Shown in pieces: positions 11,980-25,329 of a DNA stretch of 64,000 nucleotides. The stretch is from NCBI GenBank assembly GCA_052327205.1, contig CM126235.1:5146001-5210000 (forward strand). The letters are read 5' to 3'. The notes under the pieces were generated by a model. That model saw only the letters and a list, made by a program, of their open reading frames with translations, was not told the DNA's origin and made no database searches. Position 1 is the first letter of the stretch. Each line of letters opens with the position of its first letter. The translations under genes were made by a program, and so were the position numbers. Origin of the DNA: Somniosus microcephalus. Its lineage: Eukaryota.

Positions 11980-12610
11980 AACAAATTGCATTTATATAGT
12001 GTAAAGAGACATTCCAAGGCGCTTCAGGGATGAGTGTCAGGAAACAAAACACCAAGCCAGGAAAGGAGAGATTAGGAGCGAGGACTGAAAGCTTGGTCAG
12101 AGAGATTGGCTTTGAAAAGGTTTTAAAAAGCAGAGAGGTGGAAAGGCAAAAAAGTTTCAGTACAAGTTTCCAGAGTGCAGGGCTGAGGCAGCTGAAGGCT
12201 GCGTCACCTATGGTAGGATAAAAGTTGGAGGTAAAGGAATTGAGTGTTCAACAAGTGATATATGGTTGGAGGAGATTGGATATGGCAAAGGCATTAAAGG
12301 ATTTATTAAGGCGTACAAAGTGTTTGAATTAATGCACTGGAGGATGAGGAGCCAGCATAGGACAGCAAAAACTGGGAGGCAGGGTAAGTGCGGCAGAGAT
12401 TTGGACAAGTTAGCATTATGGCGTGCGGAGGATGGGAAGCCAACAAGGAATGTATTAGAGTAATCCAACTGAGAGGTGACAATGGCTGTCCATGAGTTTC
12501 AGCAGCAGGAGAATGGAGATAGGGCCAGAGGCAGGCAATGTTACCATGGTGGAAGTAAGCAGTCTTAGTGGTAGATAGGATGTGGTATTTAAAACTCAGC
12601 TCTAGGTCAA
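11980..12610 (-). mobile_element. L2-clade LINE 3' fragment
   Basis: ORF 12208..12468 begins DYSNTFLVGFP (L2 LDYCNSLLAGLP motif); tail complement ttgcatttatatag at the left end. Confidence 0.65.
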
Positions 12611-14080
12611 TCAGACCACCTAAACTGAGAAGCTGATTTAATGTTTGTAGTATTTGCGTTTTATCATCTTACTAAATCACCAAGCACGTTTGTCGCACGA
12701 GGTAATAGGGTGTCGATGGTGGTTAGTGTAAAGCTTTGGAACAGTTATCGCAGAGCAGTCATTTATAGGCTGACGAACCAAGAGACAAAAATTCTGCTGA
12801 GTCATGGCAGCCACTGAGTTTGCGATAACTAGCCTGATAAACATTTACACAAGTCAACCATCAATCTGCCAAACAGCACATGCTGCAAGAACCTACCGTC
12901 ATTTCATGCTCAAGTATGGAGATAATTCCATGTGATTTGCAAACATGTGATTTGCAGACGAGTTAAAAATTGGGACTTGGAAATTAATTACGACTTGTGC
13001 GCACATCAGTATTTTCTATCTGTTCGAGAGCAAACTGGAGCACCAATTGGTCAACGTTCCTTGGATTCCTTTACCTCTGCCCACCTGTTATTTACCATGC
13101 AAATCAATCAATTTATTTGGGATGAGCCCAGATCAGTTGTGCCGATTCTCCCGTCTACAGCACTGCGGTCAGCAAGTTTGTCTGCAACGTCAGGAATTGG
13201 CATACCGTTAATTCCAGTATTTATTTTTCTGCTGCTGCCAGCACGGAGAAGCAAGCAGCTGCTGAGCAAAGGACAGTTTGATTATGGGGCCTTATGCTAA
13301 TCCTACTGACAGGAAGCAATAATTGGGCTCCAACTGTCAGTTAAGTTTTACTGAGGATGCTTGGCGAACTTAGCCGTAACAAAGCGTGCACCCGATCTGC
13401 CGTGCGATCAGAAAATCCACAGGTCGGACTGTCAATTCCATTTTTTGCCAGGCTGTAGCCAAGTAGCTTTTACTGATGCACGTACACGGTACAATGCTTA
13501 GCCTAGTTGACCACTGTACGTCTAAATTCAACTGAGCTCAGGCCAGATTAAAAATATTCTAGTATTATTTTGAAGATATGCTAGGGTGTCTGCCAATTAC
13601 CCACTTGAGCCCATCAGCTCTGCAGATTTACCCATTGCTGTTTGCACTCGGGCAGGAATTTTCAAAAACAGCTAAATTGAAAGCTGGTATAGTACAGATA
13701 TGCACGGTGCCAATCTTTGTCTGACTACGCTTCTGTGAAGCTCCTTGGGACGTCTTCCTACATTAAAAGGCACTATAAAAAGTGAAGTTGTTGCTGCTGT
13801 TAAATGAACAGGATGAGGATCACTCCATTTCCTAGGCTGTACAGTGGCTACACAAATAAGACTCCGAATTAATTTGTGATCAGTGAGATCCTAAATTTTC
13901 TTCCCTGGGCTAGATCTAGATCGTCCATAATTTTCCAGCTGCATTGGGAGCGGTTAGATCTAAACTAGGATTCCAGAGAGACGGTTTAGAATGTTTCACT
14001 AAATTTCTAGCACAGAACTATCAATTCTACACCTGCAGATTATTTAATTTTAAACTGTAAGCAATGTATTAGCTCAATAC

Positions 14081-14228
14081 CTTTGGTCCAATCTTCATGA
14101 ATGGTAGCTTTCTGTCTGAATTTTTCTGCCAAATGGTCAAGTCTTTCCAGCCTCCTTATCTCATTCAGCAGCCATTCCTCGTAGCCCTTCTCCGCCTGCT
14201 CCAGGCCTTGCCATGCATTATTAATATC
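14081..14228 (-). CDS. ACTN4: alpha-actinin-4 exon 11, [49 protein letters not shown]
   Basis: 148 nt within ORF 14040..14243; cag|...|gtatt. Confidence 0.95.
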
Positions 14229-14421
14229 CTGCAACACAACCAAGAGATTATATTACTCTACAGAAACCTACTGGGAATCAGACTATTTTCAGAACTGCTT
14301 ACACCCAGGTTTTAACCTCAAAGCACATGGAAATCACATATATGTACATATGATTCATTCAAATGAAAATTAGATAATTTCTTTCAGAAAAGAATATTGA
14401 GCTACAGTTCATGAGTAATAA

Positions 14422-14566
14422 TCAGTTTCAGCGCCCTAAGAGGGACACGGAGCGCCTCGAGCCTCGCCCCGTGTCCCTCGAGCGGCACTGAAACTGAATT
14501 TCTGGCGATCGCTGCGCTAAATCCTGCGCTCAGGCGACTTTTGCGCCCCAACCCAATTTCTAGGCC
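14422..14566. mobile_element. Truncated end of a Harbinger family-2-related MITE
   Basis: Same internal hairpin as 8846-8933; ends in AATTTCTAGGCC TIR. Confidence 0.75.
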
Positions 14567-14989
14567 GACATATGGCAAATGCAGCAGGCTTGAAGGGAAC
14601 AGGTGACTTTGGACCTATGGGTCCCAAAGCGCTCCACCACCGGGGGTTTACCTCATCTCGTGTCTGGGTCTCTTGCAAACTCATTGATAGAGATTGATTG
14701 CTGTGATCAGTCAACAACTTCATTATTGTTGCATCATGCGACTACCAGATAGGAGATGGACTGTGGCCTTTTTTTGTCTAGCAATTCCTATGTAATTTGC
14801 ATTTTTTTTTCATTCCTGGGATGCGGCAGCCACTGGCAAGGCCGGTATTTATTGCCCATCCCCAATTACCCTCGAGAAGGTGATGGTGAGCCGCCTTCTT
14901 GAACCGCTGCAGTCCATGTGTTGAAGGTACTCCCAGTGCTGTTCGGGAGCGAGTGCCAGGAGTTTGACCCAGGAGTTATAAAACTCCTT

Positions 14990-15265
14990 TGCATATCTCA
15001 TGTCCCAAAACATTTCACAGAATTATTTACCTGATGTAGCTGATGTTTGACTATGGATAAACATGGTAGCCATTCCATGCATATCAAGATCCCACAAACA
15101 GAAAGATGATAAGTAACTAGCCCATCGGTTTCTGGTGGTGTTGCCTAAAGGAGGAATGTTGGCTAGGATACCAGTAGAGTTTTTGCTTTGAGTCATGCAG
15201 TGGGTTCTTTGAATTTCCACTGGAACATGCAGATGGGGAGCTCTGTTTAATATCTCATCCAAATA
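14990..15265 (-). mobile_element. Degraded Deu-domain SINE
   Basis: caagatcccacaaacag and tttaatatctcatccaaa are reverse complements of blocks in 36816-37250. Confidence 0.6.
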
Positions 15266-18046
15266 AGGATAAAGATTTGGCTATTGGACCAGAAAATGCT
15301 GACACCAGATAAACAGCAGGAGATTTTGGGGGGGGGGGGGGCGGCGCCAGGGGCTCGGAGCAGGAAATTGATGAATAAATCATTACAAGTCATATTGGGA
15401 TAGTTCAGCAATTTGGAAATTTCAAAAGTACATTTTAATCCAGCTCTCTAACAATGTGAAATTCTTAACCCCGCCCAGCCAGTGCATTTAATGTTAACAG
15501 CAGTGTTTATTTTTGGAAGTATTTCTGCATGGAGGATGATGATAAAAGAATGTTAACCACAATTTAATCTTACAAAAAAGTTTCAACTTGTCAGCCAGTC
15601 AGAATGCCAACATAGGCACACTACTGTCCGCTCCACAAGTAGTCTTTGATTACATAAAATTCCCACTTCCAGTACCACAGTTTGTGTGTTTTGGGGGAAA
15701 AAAGTCTAAAGTTCTGTTTGTAGCAGTATAAAAGCAGTATTGAGGAGTGTTCAGTGGAAAACTACCCAAATAATGACACCAGTGTTCCAAGTATACACAA
15801 CACGGTGCTGTCAAGTTAGAACAGTTATCTCACCAGCTTCTGCAACCCACATTTAAAATGGAATATAAACATTGCTGGTAAAAATTCAAAATGGAACAAA
15901 ACTATTTACTTTTGGACACTTTTTTTGCACACTAAACAAAACCAAAGTCAACACTATTTTGGCACAACTGTATGGGACAACAAGCACTTATTGGAGAACA
16001 GTCTGAAAACTAATGGTGTTGTTAATTCTCCTCACTGGAGCACACGAGAGCTCACTTGGTAAATGTATGACCTAGTAAGGTACTGGCCCATTCCAACCAA
16101 GAAGTTCCCAGATTCAATCCCTGGACTGCAAACTCAGTCAGGGAGCTGGTGAGGGTGCTTCAACTAACTCCGGAAGGAGCGGACCTGGAGGGAGCACAGT
16201 CCCGAGCGGCAGTACAAGGCTTACCAATCTCGCGGACCGGCAGCGGCATTCCAGATTCAAAAAGTGACGCGGGCAAGAGGAAGCAGCTGATTATAGAGTA
16301 TAAATACTCACCCAAACTATTAACCTTAACTGTCAAATTATAAAGTTTAGATGGTCTTAATTTTTTGTGGTTTATAGTTTCTACGGTCTCTGTTGTGTAG
16401 CAGGGAGTGCTAGTAAACAAGGGCCCTTGAGTATATCATTTAATTGTAATGTAATTAGTGGTATTGATTTGATTTAATTTAAATTAATTAAAGGGTAAGT
16501 CATGGCAGCACAGCTCGCCCCGCGGTATGCTCCTCCTGCACTATGTGGGAAATCAGGGACAGTGTGTCCCTGACGACCATGTGTGCAGGAAGTGTATCCA
16601 GCTGCAGCTACTGGCAGACCGCATTGCAGCGCTGGAGCTGCGAATGGACACATACTGGAGCATTTGCGATGCTGAGGACGTCGTAGACAGCACGTTTAGG
16701 GAGTTGGTCACACCGCAGGCAAAGGCTGCACAGGCAGGAAGGGAATGGGTGACCGCCAGGCAGAGTAGTAGGTGCAGGCAGGTAATGCAGCTGTCCCGTG
16801 GCCATCCCCCTCTCAAACAGATATACCGCCTTGGATATTGTGGGGAGATGGCTTATCGGGGGAAGGCAGCAGCAGCAAACTTCCTGGCATCATGGGTGGT
16901 TCAGGTGCACAGGGCAGGAGGAAAAAGAGCGGAAGAGCTATAGCGATAGGGGATTCTATTGCAAGGGGGATAGGCGTTTCTGTGGCCGCAAACGAGACTC
17001 TAGGATGGTATGTTGCCTTCCTGGTGCAAGGGTCAAGGATGTCTCAGAGCGGCTGCAGGGCATTCTGGAGGGGGAGGGTGAACAGCCAGTTGTCGTGGTG
17101 CATATAGGTACTAACGATATAAGTAAAAAAACACGGGATGAGGTCCTAAGAGCTGAATATAGGGAGTTAGGAGGTAAATTTAAAAATAGGACCTTAAAAG
17201 TTGGTAATCTCAGGATTGCTACCAGTGCCATGTGCTAGTCAGAGTAGAAATAGAAGGATATTTCAGATGAATACGTGGCTAGAGGAATGGTGCAAGGGGG
17301 CGGGGGATTCAAATTCCTGGGACACTGGAACCAGTTCTGGGGAAGGTGGGACCAGTACAAACTGGACGGTTTGCACCTGGGCAGGACCGGGACCGATGTT
17401 ATAGGGGGAGTGTTTGCTAGTGCTGTTGGGGAGGGTTTAAACTAAAATGGCAAGGGGTTGGGAACCTGTGCAGGGAGACAGAAGAAAGGGAAGCAAGGAT
17501 AGAAGCAAAAGACAGGAAGGAGAAAAGCAAAAGTGGAAGGCAGAGAAATCAAAGGTGTAAATAATAATTCTAAAAGGACTAAGTGTTAAAAAAAACAAGC
17601 CTGAAGGCTGTGTGCCTTAATGCGAGGAGCATTCGTAATAAGGTGGATGAATTAGCTGTGCAAATAGATGTAAACGGATATGATATAATTGGGATTACGG
17701 AGACATGGCTCCAGGGTGACCAAAGCTGGGAATTCAAAATCCAGGGGTATTCAATATTCAGGAAGGACAGGCAAAAAGGAAAAGGAGGTGGGGTAGCATT
17801 GCTGGTTAAAGAGATGATTAACAATAGTAAGGAAGGATATTAGCTCTGATGATGTGGAATCTGTATGGGTAGAGCCGAGAAATACCATGGGCAGAAAACA
17901 TTAGTGGGAGTTGTATACAGACCCCCTAAACAGTAATGCGGAGGTTGGGGATGGCATTAAACGGGAAATTAGAGATGCGTGCAATAAGGGCACAGCAGTT
18001 ATCATGGGTGACTTTAATCTACATATAAATTGGACTAACCAAATTA

Positions 18047-18377
18047 CAGGAAACTCTCGATTTACCGGCACCCAAACAACCGGAAATCTCGGTTAACCGG
18101 CAAAATTCAGGAGTAGGTTCAGTTAAGTTTTTCATATTAGTGGCCGTTTCTTGATTCTTGGCTGTGTAATCGGGCGTTCCTGCACTTGTTGCTAAGCAAC
18201 AGGGACGCTTGGTCTGTGGTCGGGCTTCTTGCAGCTGTTGCTAAGCAACAGGGAAGCGTGGATTTGTTACTGTGTACGGAGCTCTCGTACCTTTTAACTA
18301 TAACTCTGTAATCCGGACTTTTTGATAAACCGGCACCACGCCGGTCCCTTCGGTGCCGGATAAAAAAAAGTTTCCTG
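18047..18377. mobile_element. Tc1/pogo (Tigger-like) MITE inside CR1 endonuclease
   Basis: TA|CAGGAAACT...AGTTTCCTG|TA; removing it rejoins the CR1 frame (NQI-SNNTVEEEF). Confidence 0.88.
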
Positions 18378-18585
18378 TAGTAACAATACTGTGGAGGAGG
18401 AATTCCTAGAGTGTATACGGGATGGTTTCCTGGACCAATATGTCGAGGAACCAACTAGAGATCAGGCCATCTTAGACTGGGTATTATGTAATGAGAAAGG
18501 ATTAATTAGCAATCCTGTTGTGCGAGGCCCCTTGGGGAAGAGCGATCATATGATAGAATTCTTCATTAAGATGGAGAGTGAAGTA

Positions 18586-18981
18586 CAGGAAACTCTGGTA
18601 TCCGGCACCGGTTGATTAAAAATTCCGGATGACGGAGAGGGTTATCTACCGAGGCTATTTTTAACAAACATAATTCCATAATGCAACATGGGGGAGATAA
18701 TTCACGATAAAGACAGAGACACAGAAAAATGGCGGATCGGAAGAGACTACCGGCAGCGTGGGAGTCAGACTCCTGTTATTGAAGTGTTCGGACTTCCGAC
18801 AGCGCCAAGAAGCCGAGTAGTGGCAGTTTGGAGAACTACCCCCACTGACTAACTCAGCCACCGCAGGAGACTCGGACTCGGCAACATTTCCGGTTATGGA
18901 GGTGTTGTTTTCGGAGTATGAATTTTGCCGGTTAACAGAGAATTCCGGATATTTAGGTGCCGTTTAAACGAGAGTTTCTTG
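18586..18981. mobile_element. Second Tigger-like MITE inside CR1, opposite orientation
   Basis: TA|CAGGAAACTCTGG...GAGAGTTTCTTG; the right ~60 bp are the reverse complement of the left end of 18047-18377; right TA missing. Confidence 0.8.
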
Positions 18982-21120
18982 CAAACCTGAGGATTGGGAG
19001 CAGTTTAGGATTCAGCAAAGGAGGACAAAGGGATTCATTAAGAGGGGGAAAATAGAGTATGAGAGTAAACTTTCAGGGAACATAAAAACTGACTGTAAAA
19101 GCTTCTATAGATATGTGAAGAGAAAAAGATTGGTGAAGTCAAGCGTAGGTCCCTTGCAGTCAGAATCAGGGGAATTTATAAATGGGGAACAAAGAAATGG
19201 CTGACCAATTAAATACATACTTTGGTTCTGTCTTCACAAAGGAGGACACAAATAACCTCCCAGAGATGTCGGGGAACATAGGGTCTAATGAGAGGGAGGA
19301 ACTGAATGAAATCAGTATTTGTAGGGAAATTGACGGGATTGAAGGCTGATAAATCCCCAGGGCCTGATAATCTACATCCTAGGGTACTTAAGGAAGTGGC
19401 CCTAGAAATAGTAGATGCATTGCTGGTCATCTTCCAAAATTCTATAGACTCTGGAACAGTTCCTATGGATTGAGTGTAGCTAATGTAACCCCACTATTAA
19501 AAAAGATAGTAGAGAGAAAACAGGGAATCATAAGGTAAGCCTGACATTAGTAGTGGGGAAAATGCTAGAGTCCATTATAAAAGATGTAATAGCAGAGCAC
19601 TTGGAAAACTGCGACAGGATCGGACAAAGTCAACATGGATTTATAAAAGGTAAATCATGCTTGACTAATCTACTGGAATTTTGAGGATGTGACCGGTAGA
19701 ATAGATAAGGGAGAACCAGTGGATGTGGTGTATTTGGACTTTCAGAAGGCTTTCGATAAGGTCCTGCATAAGAGATTAGTGTGCAAGGTTAAAGCACATG
19801 GGATTGGGGGTAAGGTACTGACTTGGATAGAGAACTGGTTGGCAGACAGAAAGCAAAGAGTTGGAATAAACGGGTCTTTTTCCGAGTGGCAGGCAGTGAC
19901 TAGTGGGGTACCGTAGGGATCGGTGCTAGGACCCCAGCTATTCACAATATAGTATATATTAATGATCTAGATGAGGGAACTAGATGCAATATCTCCAAGT
20001 TTGCAGATGACACAAAGCTGGGTGGGCGTGTGCGCTGTGAGGAGGATGCAGTATGATTTGGACAGGTTGGGTGATTATACTGCATCTGCCCAATGTGGAT
20101 AATGCGAAGTTATCCACTTTGGTGGCAAAAACAAGGCGGCAGATTATCTGAACGGCAATAGATTGGGAAAAGGGGAAGTGCAACGAGACCTGGGTGCCCT
20201 TGTGCACCAGTCGCTGAAGGTAAGCATGCAGGTGCAGCAGGCAGTTAAGGCGGCAAATGGTATGTTGGCCTTCATAGCGAGAGGATTCGAGTACAGGAGC
20301 AAGGATGTCTTGCTGCAGTTATACAGGGCCTTGGTGAGACCACACCTTGAGTATTGTGTGAAGTTTTGGTCGCCTTATGAGGAACGATGTTCTTGCCATG
20401 GAGGGAGTGCAGCGAAGATTCACCAGACTGATACCTGGGATGGCAGGAATGACGTATGGAGAGAGATTGGGTCGATTAGGCTTATATTCGCTAGAGTTTA
20501 GAAGAATGAGAGGGGATCGCATTGAAACTTATAAAATTCTAACAGGACTAGACAGACTAGATGCAGGAAGGATGTTCCCGATGGCAGGGGAGGCCAGAAC
20601 CAGGGGTCACAGTCTAAGGATAAGGGGTAAGCCATTTAGGACTGAGATGAGGAAGAATTTCTTCACCCAGAGAGTGGTGAATCTGTGGAATTCTCTACCA
20701 CAGAAGGCAGTTGAGGCCAACTTAAATATATTCAAGAAAGAGTTAGATATATTTCTTAAGGCTAAGAGGATCAAGCGATATGGGGAGAAAGCAGTGACAG
20801 GGTACTGAATTTGGACGATCAGCCATGATTGCATTGAATGGCGGAGCAGGCTCGAGGGGCCGAATGGCCTACTCCTATCTTCTAGGTTTCTAACTCAAGA
20901 TGCCCACTTCACAAATGACAAACGGCCATTTGAGTAGGGTATCAGAAGACAACCAAAACATGGCTTTGGGAGGGAAGAGGCATATTTACTGTGGAGCAGG
21001 GAAGGACGACCATTGGAAGGGGAGAGTTACAGGTGTGGAGCTTATACAAATTAGGAACAGTAATTTTCTGATTCTGATTTCTGCGACACTGGATTAAAAG
21101 GGAAGTGAAATTTTTCTTAC

Positions 21121-21351
21121 CGAGATCATTTTCCCTTCAGAGGGCATGAATGCCGGCCTGTTGCTCAGCCGGAGTTTGGTCTGCAGGGTGTTGAAGTTGA
21201 TCTCAAGCTGGCACTTCTCCTGTACTTTGGGGGGTTTGTGGACACGGCGGTAATCGCGGAAGTCTTCCAGTTTTTGCTGCATGGCTTGCATTGTTTTCTC
21301 AGGCTCTCTGTTCTCGAGCCAGGGTTTGGTTTGGCGAATCCACTCCAGCAA
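21121..21351 (-). CDS. ACTN4: alpha-actinin-4 exon 10 (spectrin repeat 1), [15 protein letters not shown]...[15 protein letters not shown]
   Basis: 231 nt within ORF 21094..21357; cag|...|gtaag. Confidence 0.96.
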
Positions 21352-22940
21352 CTGCAAACAAAAGCACCAGTAAAAGAAAATGGAGATTATACAACAGAAT
21401 CATCCAACAAAGTTAAAAAAAATTCAGAATGTAACACTATTAAAACTAAATTATTTTACTGAAAAGATATCCGTGTATTTGAGACTGCTGCTGCGCTCAT
21501 TTCCCAGTGTCACAGTTTAGTAAGGCTTTTCTGAAACTAGTATTACCTGCCGAAAGCACATCAACACCCGTTTCTGTTGTTTTTAAAACAGGTAACACTA
21601 ATGCCTCCCACCACTGGTCACTGTGGTGTAAGCATTTCCCCCATCCCTGCCACCTACGATTTTGTCCCGTTAATGGAAACGCAGCTGAATGACATACTTC
21701 AAGGTTTTCCAATCGTACCACCAACAGTAGCCAACGGAGTACTCGTGTTATAAATCAGGAAAAACTAGGCTCTCTCCTTGGACTAACCATCAGCAAGGCC
21801 ATGGGGGGTTCACTACTATGTAAATAAAACCTGCATTGGTCAAAATGGATCTGAATATAAAAATAAAAATGCAAATTACAACTGGAATATTAGCTCTAAT
21901 CTTCTCTTACATGTGCATGCAAATACCAGTTTTTCGTCTTTTTTGAGCACACGATAAGTGCGCTGGTGCAGTACCTCATTTACTAAAGTATAAATAGCAA
22001 CTTAAAATACAAAGACAGACTGTCAGGATCTCAAATATTTCTAGCATTTTCTGTATTTAATTTCTAAAATTCAAAGTATTAATTTTGCTTATGTACAGTA
22101 TAAACTTTCTGCCACAAAAATACTAATAGATGCAGTTTTGAGAATTTCCCCTCAGATCATGAATATACACGGCTAGAAAGGGCTACAAATTATGTCAGCA
22201 AATCTAACAATTCCTGTCCTCAGTAATTAAAAAGATTACACAAAGGGACTGAGGCTTCCAGAATGAGTTTGTACAGTTTAATTACTTTTTCCTATAATTA
22301 GTAAAGAGGCTTTATTGTATTCAAATGTTAATACAGGACAAGAGTTCTGAAACAGTTTCCATATCCTTCCCCATCAGTATGTTTAAGCAAAAGCATATTA
22401 AAAATAAATAAATAGTTAAAGAACTATGATTAATTATCTTGTCCTTTCCCCCCCCCCCCCTCTATTTTAACAATGAGTGTTGATTTAATTGAAGATATTG
22501 AAAGAAAAAGACTAAGGGAGTCAAGAGTTGCACATAAATCCAAAAGTGACTCCACATCACTGTATATTAATTAATCGCCCATACAACTTTGGGCTCAGTA
22601 ATTCTGAACAATTCGAAGCGCGATTAAGGCTCAGCACAGAAACAGGCCATTTGGCTCAATTGGTTTACGCTCCACATGGGCCTCGTCCCAAAGTTAAGTC
22701 TTTGCAGCAGTTTGATTTGTTTGTTTTGTTTTTTTTAAAGTCTTGATGGAACACAAACCCAAGAATTGCAATCCGGAAATGTGTGCACATTCCCGTTAAG
22801 AAATTAATGAAGAATCTGCCAGTTATTTTTGATTGCTTTTTGGTTTAAAGTTACAATTTGACGAGTACTTTCTGAAATGTATTTAGTCATTAGGGTTTAA
22901 AAAAAAAAAAAAAATGCATTCCTGCAGATGATACTCACTA

Positions 22941-23090
<150 letters not shown>

Positions 23091-25329
23091 TCAGAAACAG
23101 GTGCAGGGTTAGAACTACTGGAGCAAACACACATCAGCCCAATAAAGTGAAAATACAAAATTTGGGAAATTAGAAAAAAAGTAATCATGCAGAACTTACA
23201 GAAACACTAATAGACTTGTGGAATAAGTTACCAGGTCATGTCATTAAAGTGCAGCGTTCATTAACTATTATAAAAGTACAGTTCAATTCCAAGACTTAAA
23301 ATTTTGAACAAATAAAGCCACTCTGCAGGTTAAGTAGGCTGCGAGTTACTGTTAACAATAAATAATTTAAAATGAATCCATTAACAGATTACTCTGCACA
23401 ACTGAAACCACACTGCCATTGAAGCAGACAGAATAAATGGGTTCAAGTGGCAAACTACTGAGTGATCTGGAACAGGTGGTGAGTAGACAGGGTTGAGGTT
23501 CATCAAAAAAAAAGGGGCTGTATCTCTTCATCCTAATGGCTTTTTCCTCAAGCTAAAAATAAGAGGCATAAAGACTAGTAATTATGGATTTTGGCTACAA
23601 ACAATATAAAAGTACAAATATGCTTCAAGGCAAACAGCAGTGTCTTGGAAATGCCACACAGTAGAGCTATTTCCAACTAATTTGCACAGCATGCTGGCAG
23701 AAGTTAAATGTAGCACTCTGCAGAATACTGCAATTAGATCCCAAAAACTGAAGGCAAAATCATGCCAATTTCTATTCTAATTAATTTATCATGGGTAATA
23801 CTGGGCATAACTTAAATTTACACACCATCAGCATTGCACAGAAGCTTGAATAGTGTGGAATGTGCAAAGAATTGATCTTGAAAATAAAAGCAAGCTTGCG
23901 CAGCACACCTTTGTATTACTGAAACCAGAATCCTTACATTAAGGATTCTGCATCCCAAGTGCCAGGAATTTCACTACCTCTACAGACTAAAAAAAACACA
24001 ACAGGTCTTCCACCGTAGAATTATGCTTCATATCAGCCAGAAATAGCACGTGCAGCAATCACACCAGGACCCTCACTGACTAAGTGGGCTAGAAAATGGT
24101 GAGGTGGGGGAGGGCATATTGCTCCAAAAAAGCACAATCAAAACTTTAAAGGGTCAACACTGCAGCATTCACAGCCAGGAGATGTCAATAGGAAAACAGC
24201 TCACAGAAAAGAAAAGAATGGGAGAAGGCTGCTGTACCTGTTACACAGCAAAAAAAGTACAGAGGCAGAACAAAAGCAGATGAGAGCTGGTCACCAGTGA
24301 TGGAAACACAAAGGGTCTACACAGAAAAGGAAACAGCAATGGATGACAGGTGAGAACAAGTTCACAAGAGCCTTCATATTTTATAATAAGAAAAGAATTA
24401 AATTAAGGTAGACAGGATTGTTTTACGTGTATGTTTAATACAGCACCTTTGGCAGTGGTGTTACCTAAAAGCTTTGGCATACCTACACAGTGCGATGAAT
24501 GGCTTCTTGGAGACAGTCTTGCCTTACTTTTGCTGTACTCCAAAATGAACTGGTGTAAAACCAAGTTTTAAAAAAAAAGACAACAGTTCAACACCTACCT
24601 TTCTATTTGTTCTGATTGAGGGTTGCGAACTATCTTGGTAACTCTCAATTAATAGAAATTGACATGTAGCAAACATCACTCCACATGTGCACATGTAAAT
24701 ATTTGTCAAGTGTAGCCAAACCACCCCATACCACTGCTGAAATGCTGCCCATACAGTAAATACAGGGTAAAGATAGAATTAGAGGACATGGCACCCACTG
24801 GTACACAGTTTAAAAACTCAATACTGGTTACAAAGAAATCTCAGCTGGGAAAAAATTGGAGATTACCACATTTAAAGGAAAGCACTTCTCATCCAACAGA
24901 AGAAAATCATTCTCTTGTTGGAAAATGGGAAACGAAGGAAGTCGAATCATTCCTTCACATTATGAAAAGGAACTGACAAAACTTGTCCAAGCGAATAATT
25001 CACTAAGGTGAAGAGTTCAAACACAGTGTGATACTAGTTAAAAGCTTGGTAATTAGGAGTAAGAAGTGAAATCAGACAGAACTATTTCACCCAGAGGACA
25101 GTAGAGTTGTACAATGTTGCCAGGGCAACCCAATGAAGCGGACAATATACTGTAAATGGGTTCACACAACTGGATGTATTTCTGGCAACGGGATATGGAG
25201 AGAAGGCAGGAAAGGTGAAGGCTGATCTGAGTGTGTTATAGGCTTAATGGGTCTAAATGCCCTATTTTAGTACCTAAAAGTTTCAGATTTGCAGTAACAT
25301 ATCTTAACTGCTCAAAACACTTCAGAATA

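Larger units (their letters stand above)
16171..20889 (+). mobile_element. Near full-length CR1 LINE (ORF1 Zn-finger plus SGNH esterase; ORF2 APE plus RT), disabled, with two MITE insertions
   Basis: ORF1 from ~16502: CSSC/CRKC, IPLSNRY, IGDSIARG, VVVHIGTND; ORF2: NARSIRNK, GITETWL, IMGDFN, YLDFQKAFDKV, KFADD, RPHLEYCV; frameshifts and stops; candidate TSD CTAACTC at 16164-16170 and 20890-20896. Confidence 0.93.

Noticed and set aside
12900-13660. Moderately CpG-rich stretch with a 122-aa ORF
   Set aside because: No recognisable protein motif, TIR pair or TSD; may be a decayed transposon but cannot be supported
16050-16130. tRNA-like A/B box sequence
   Set aside because: No cloverleaf; it continues into a SINE body repeated elsewhere in the window
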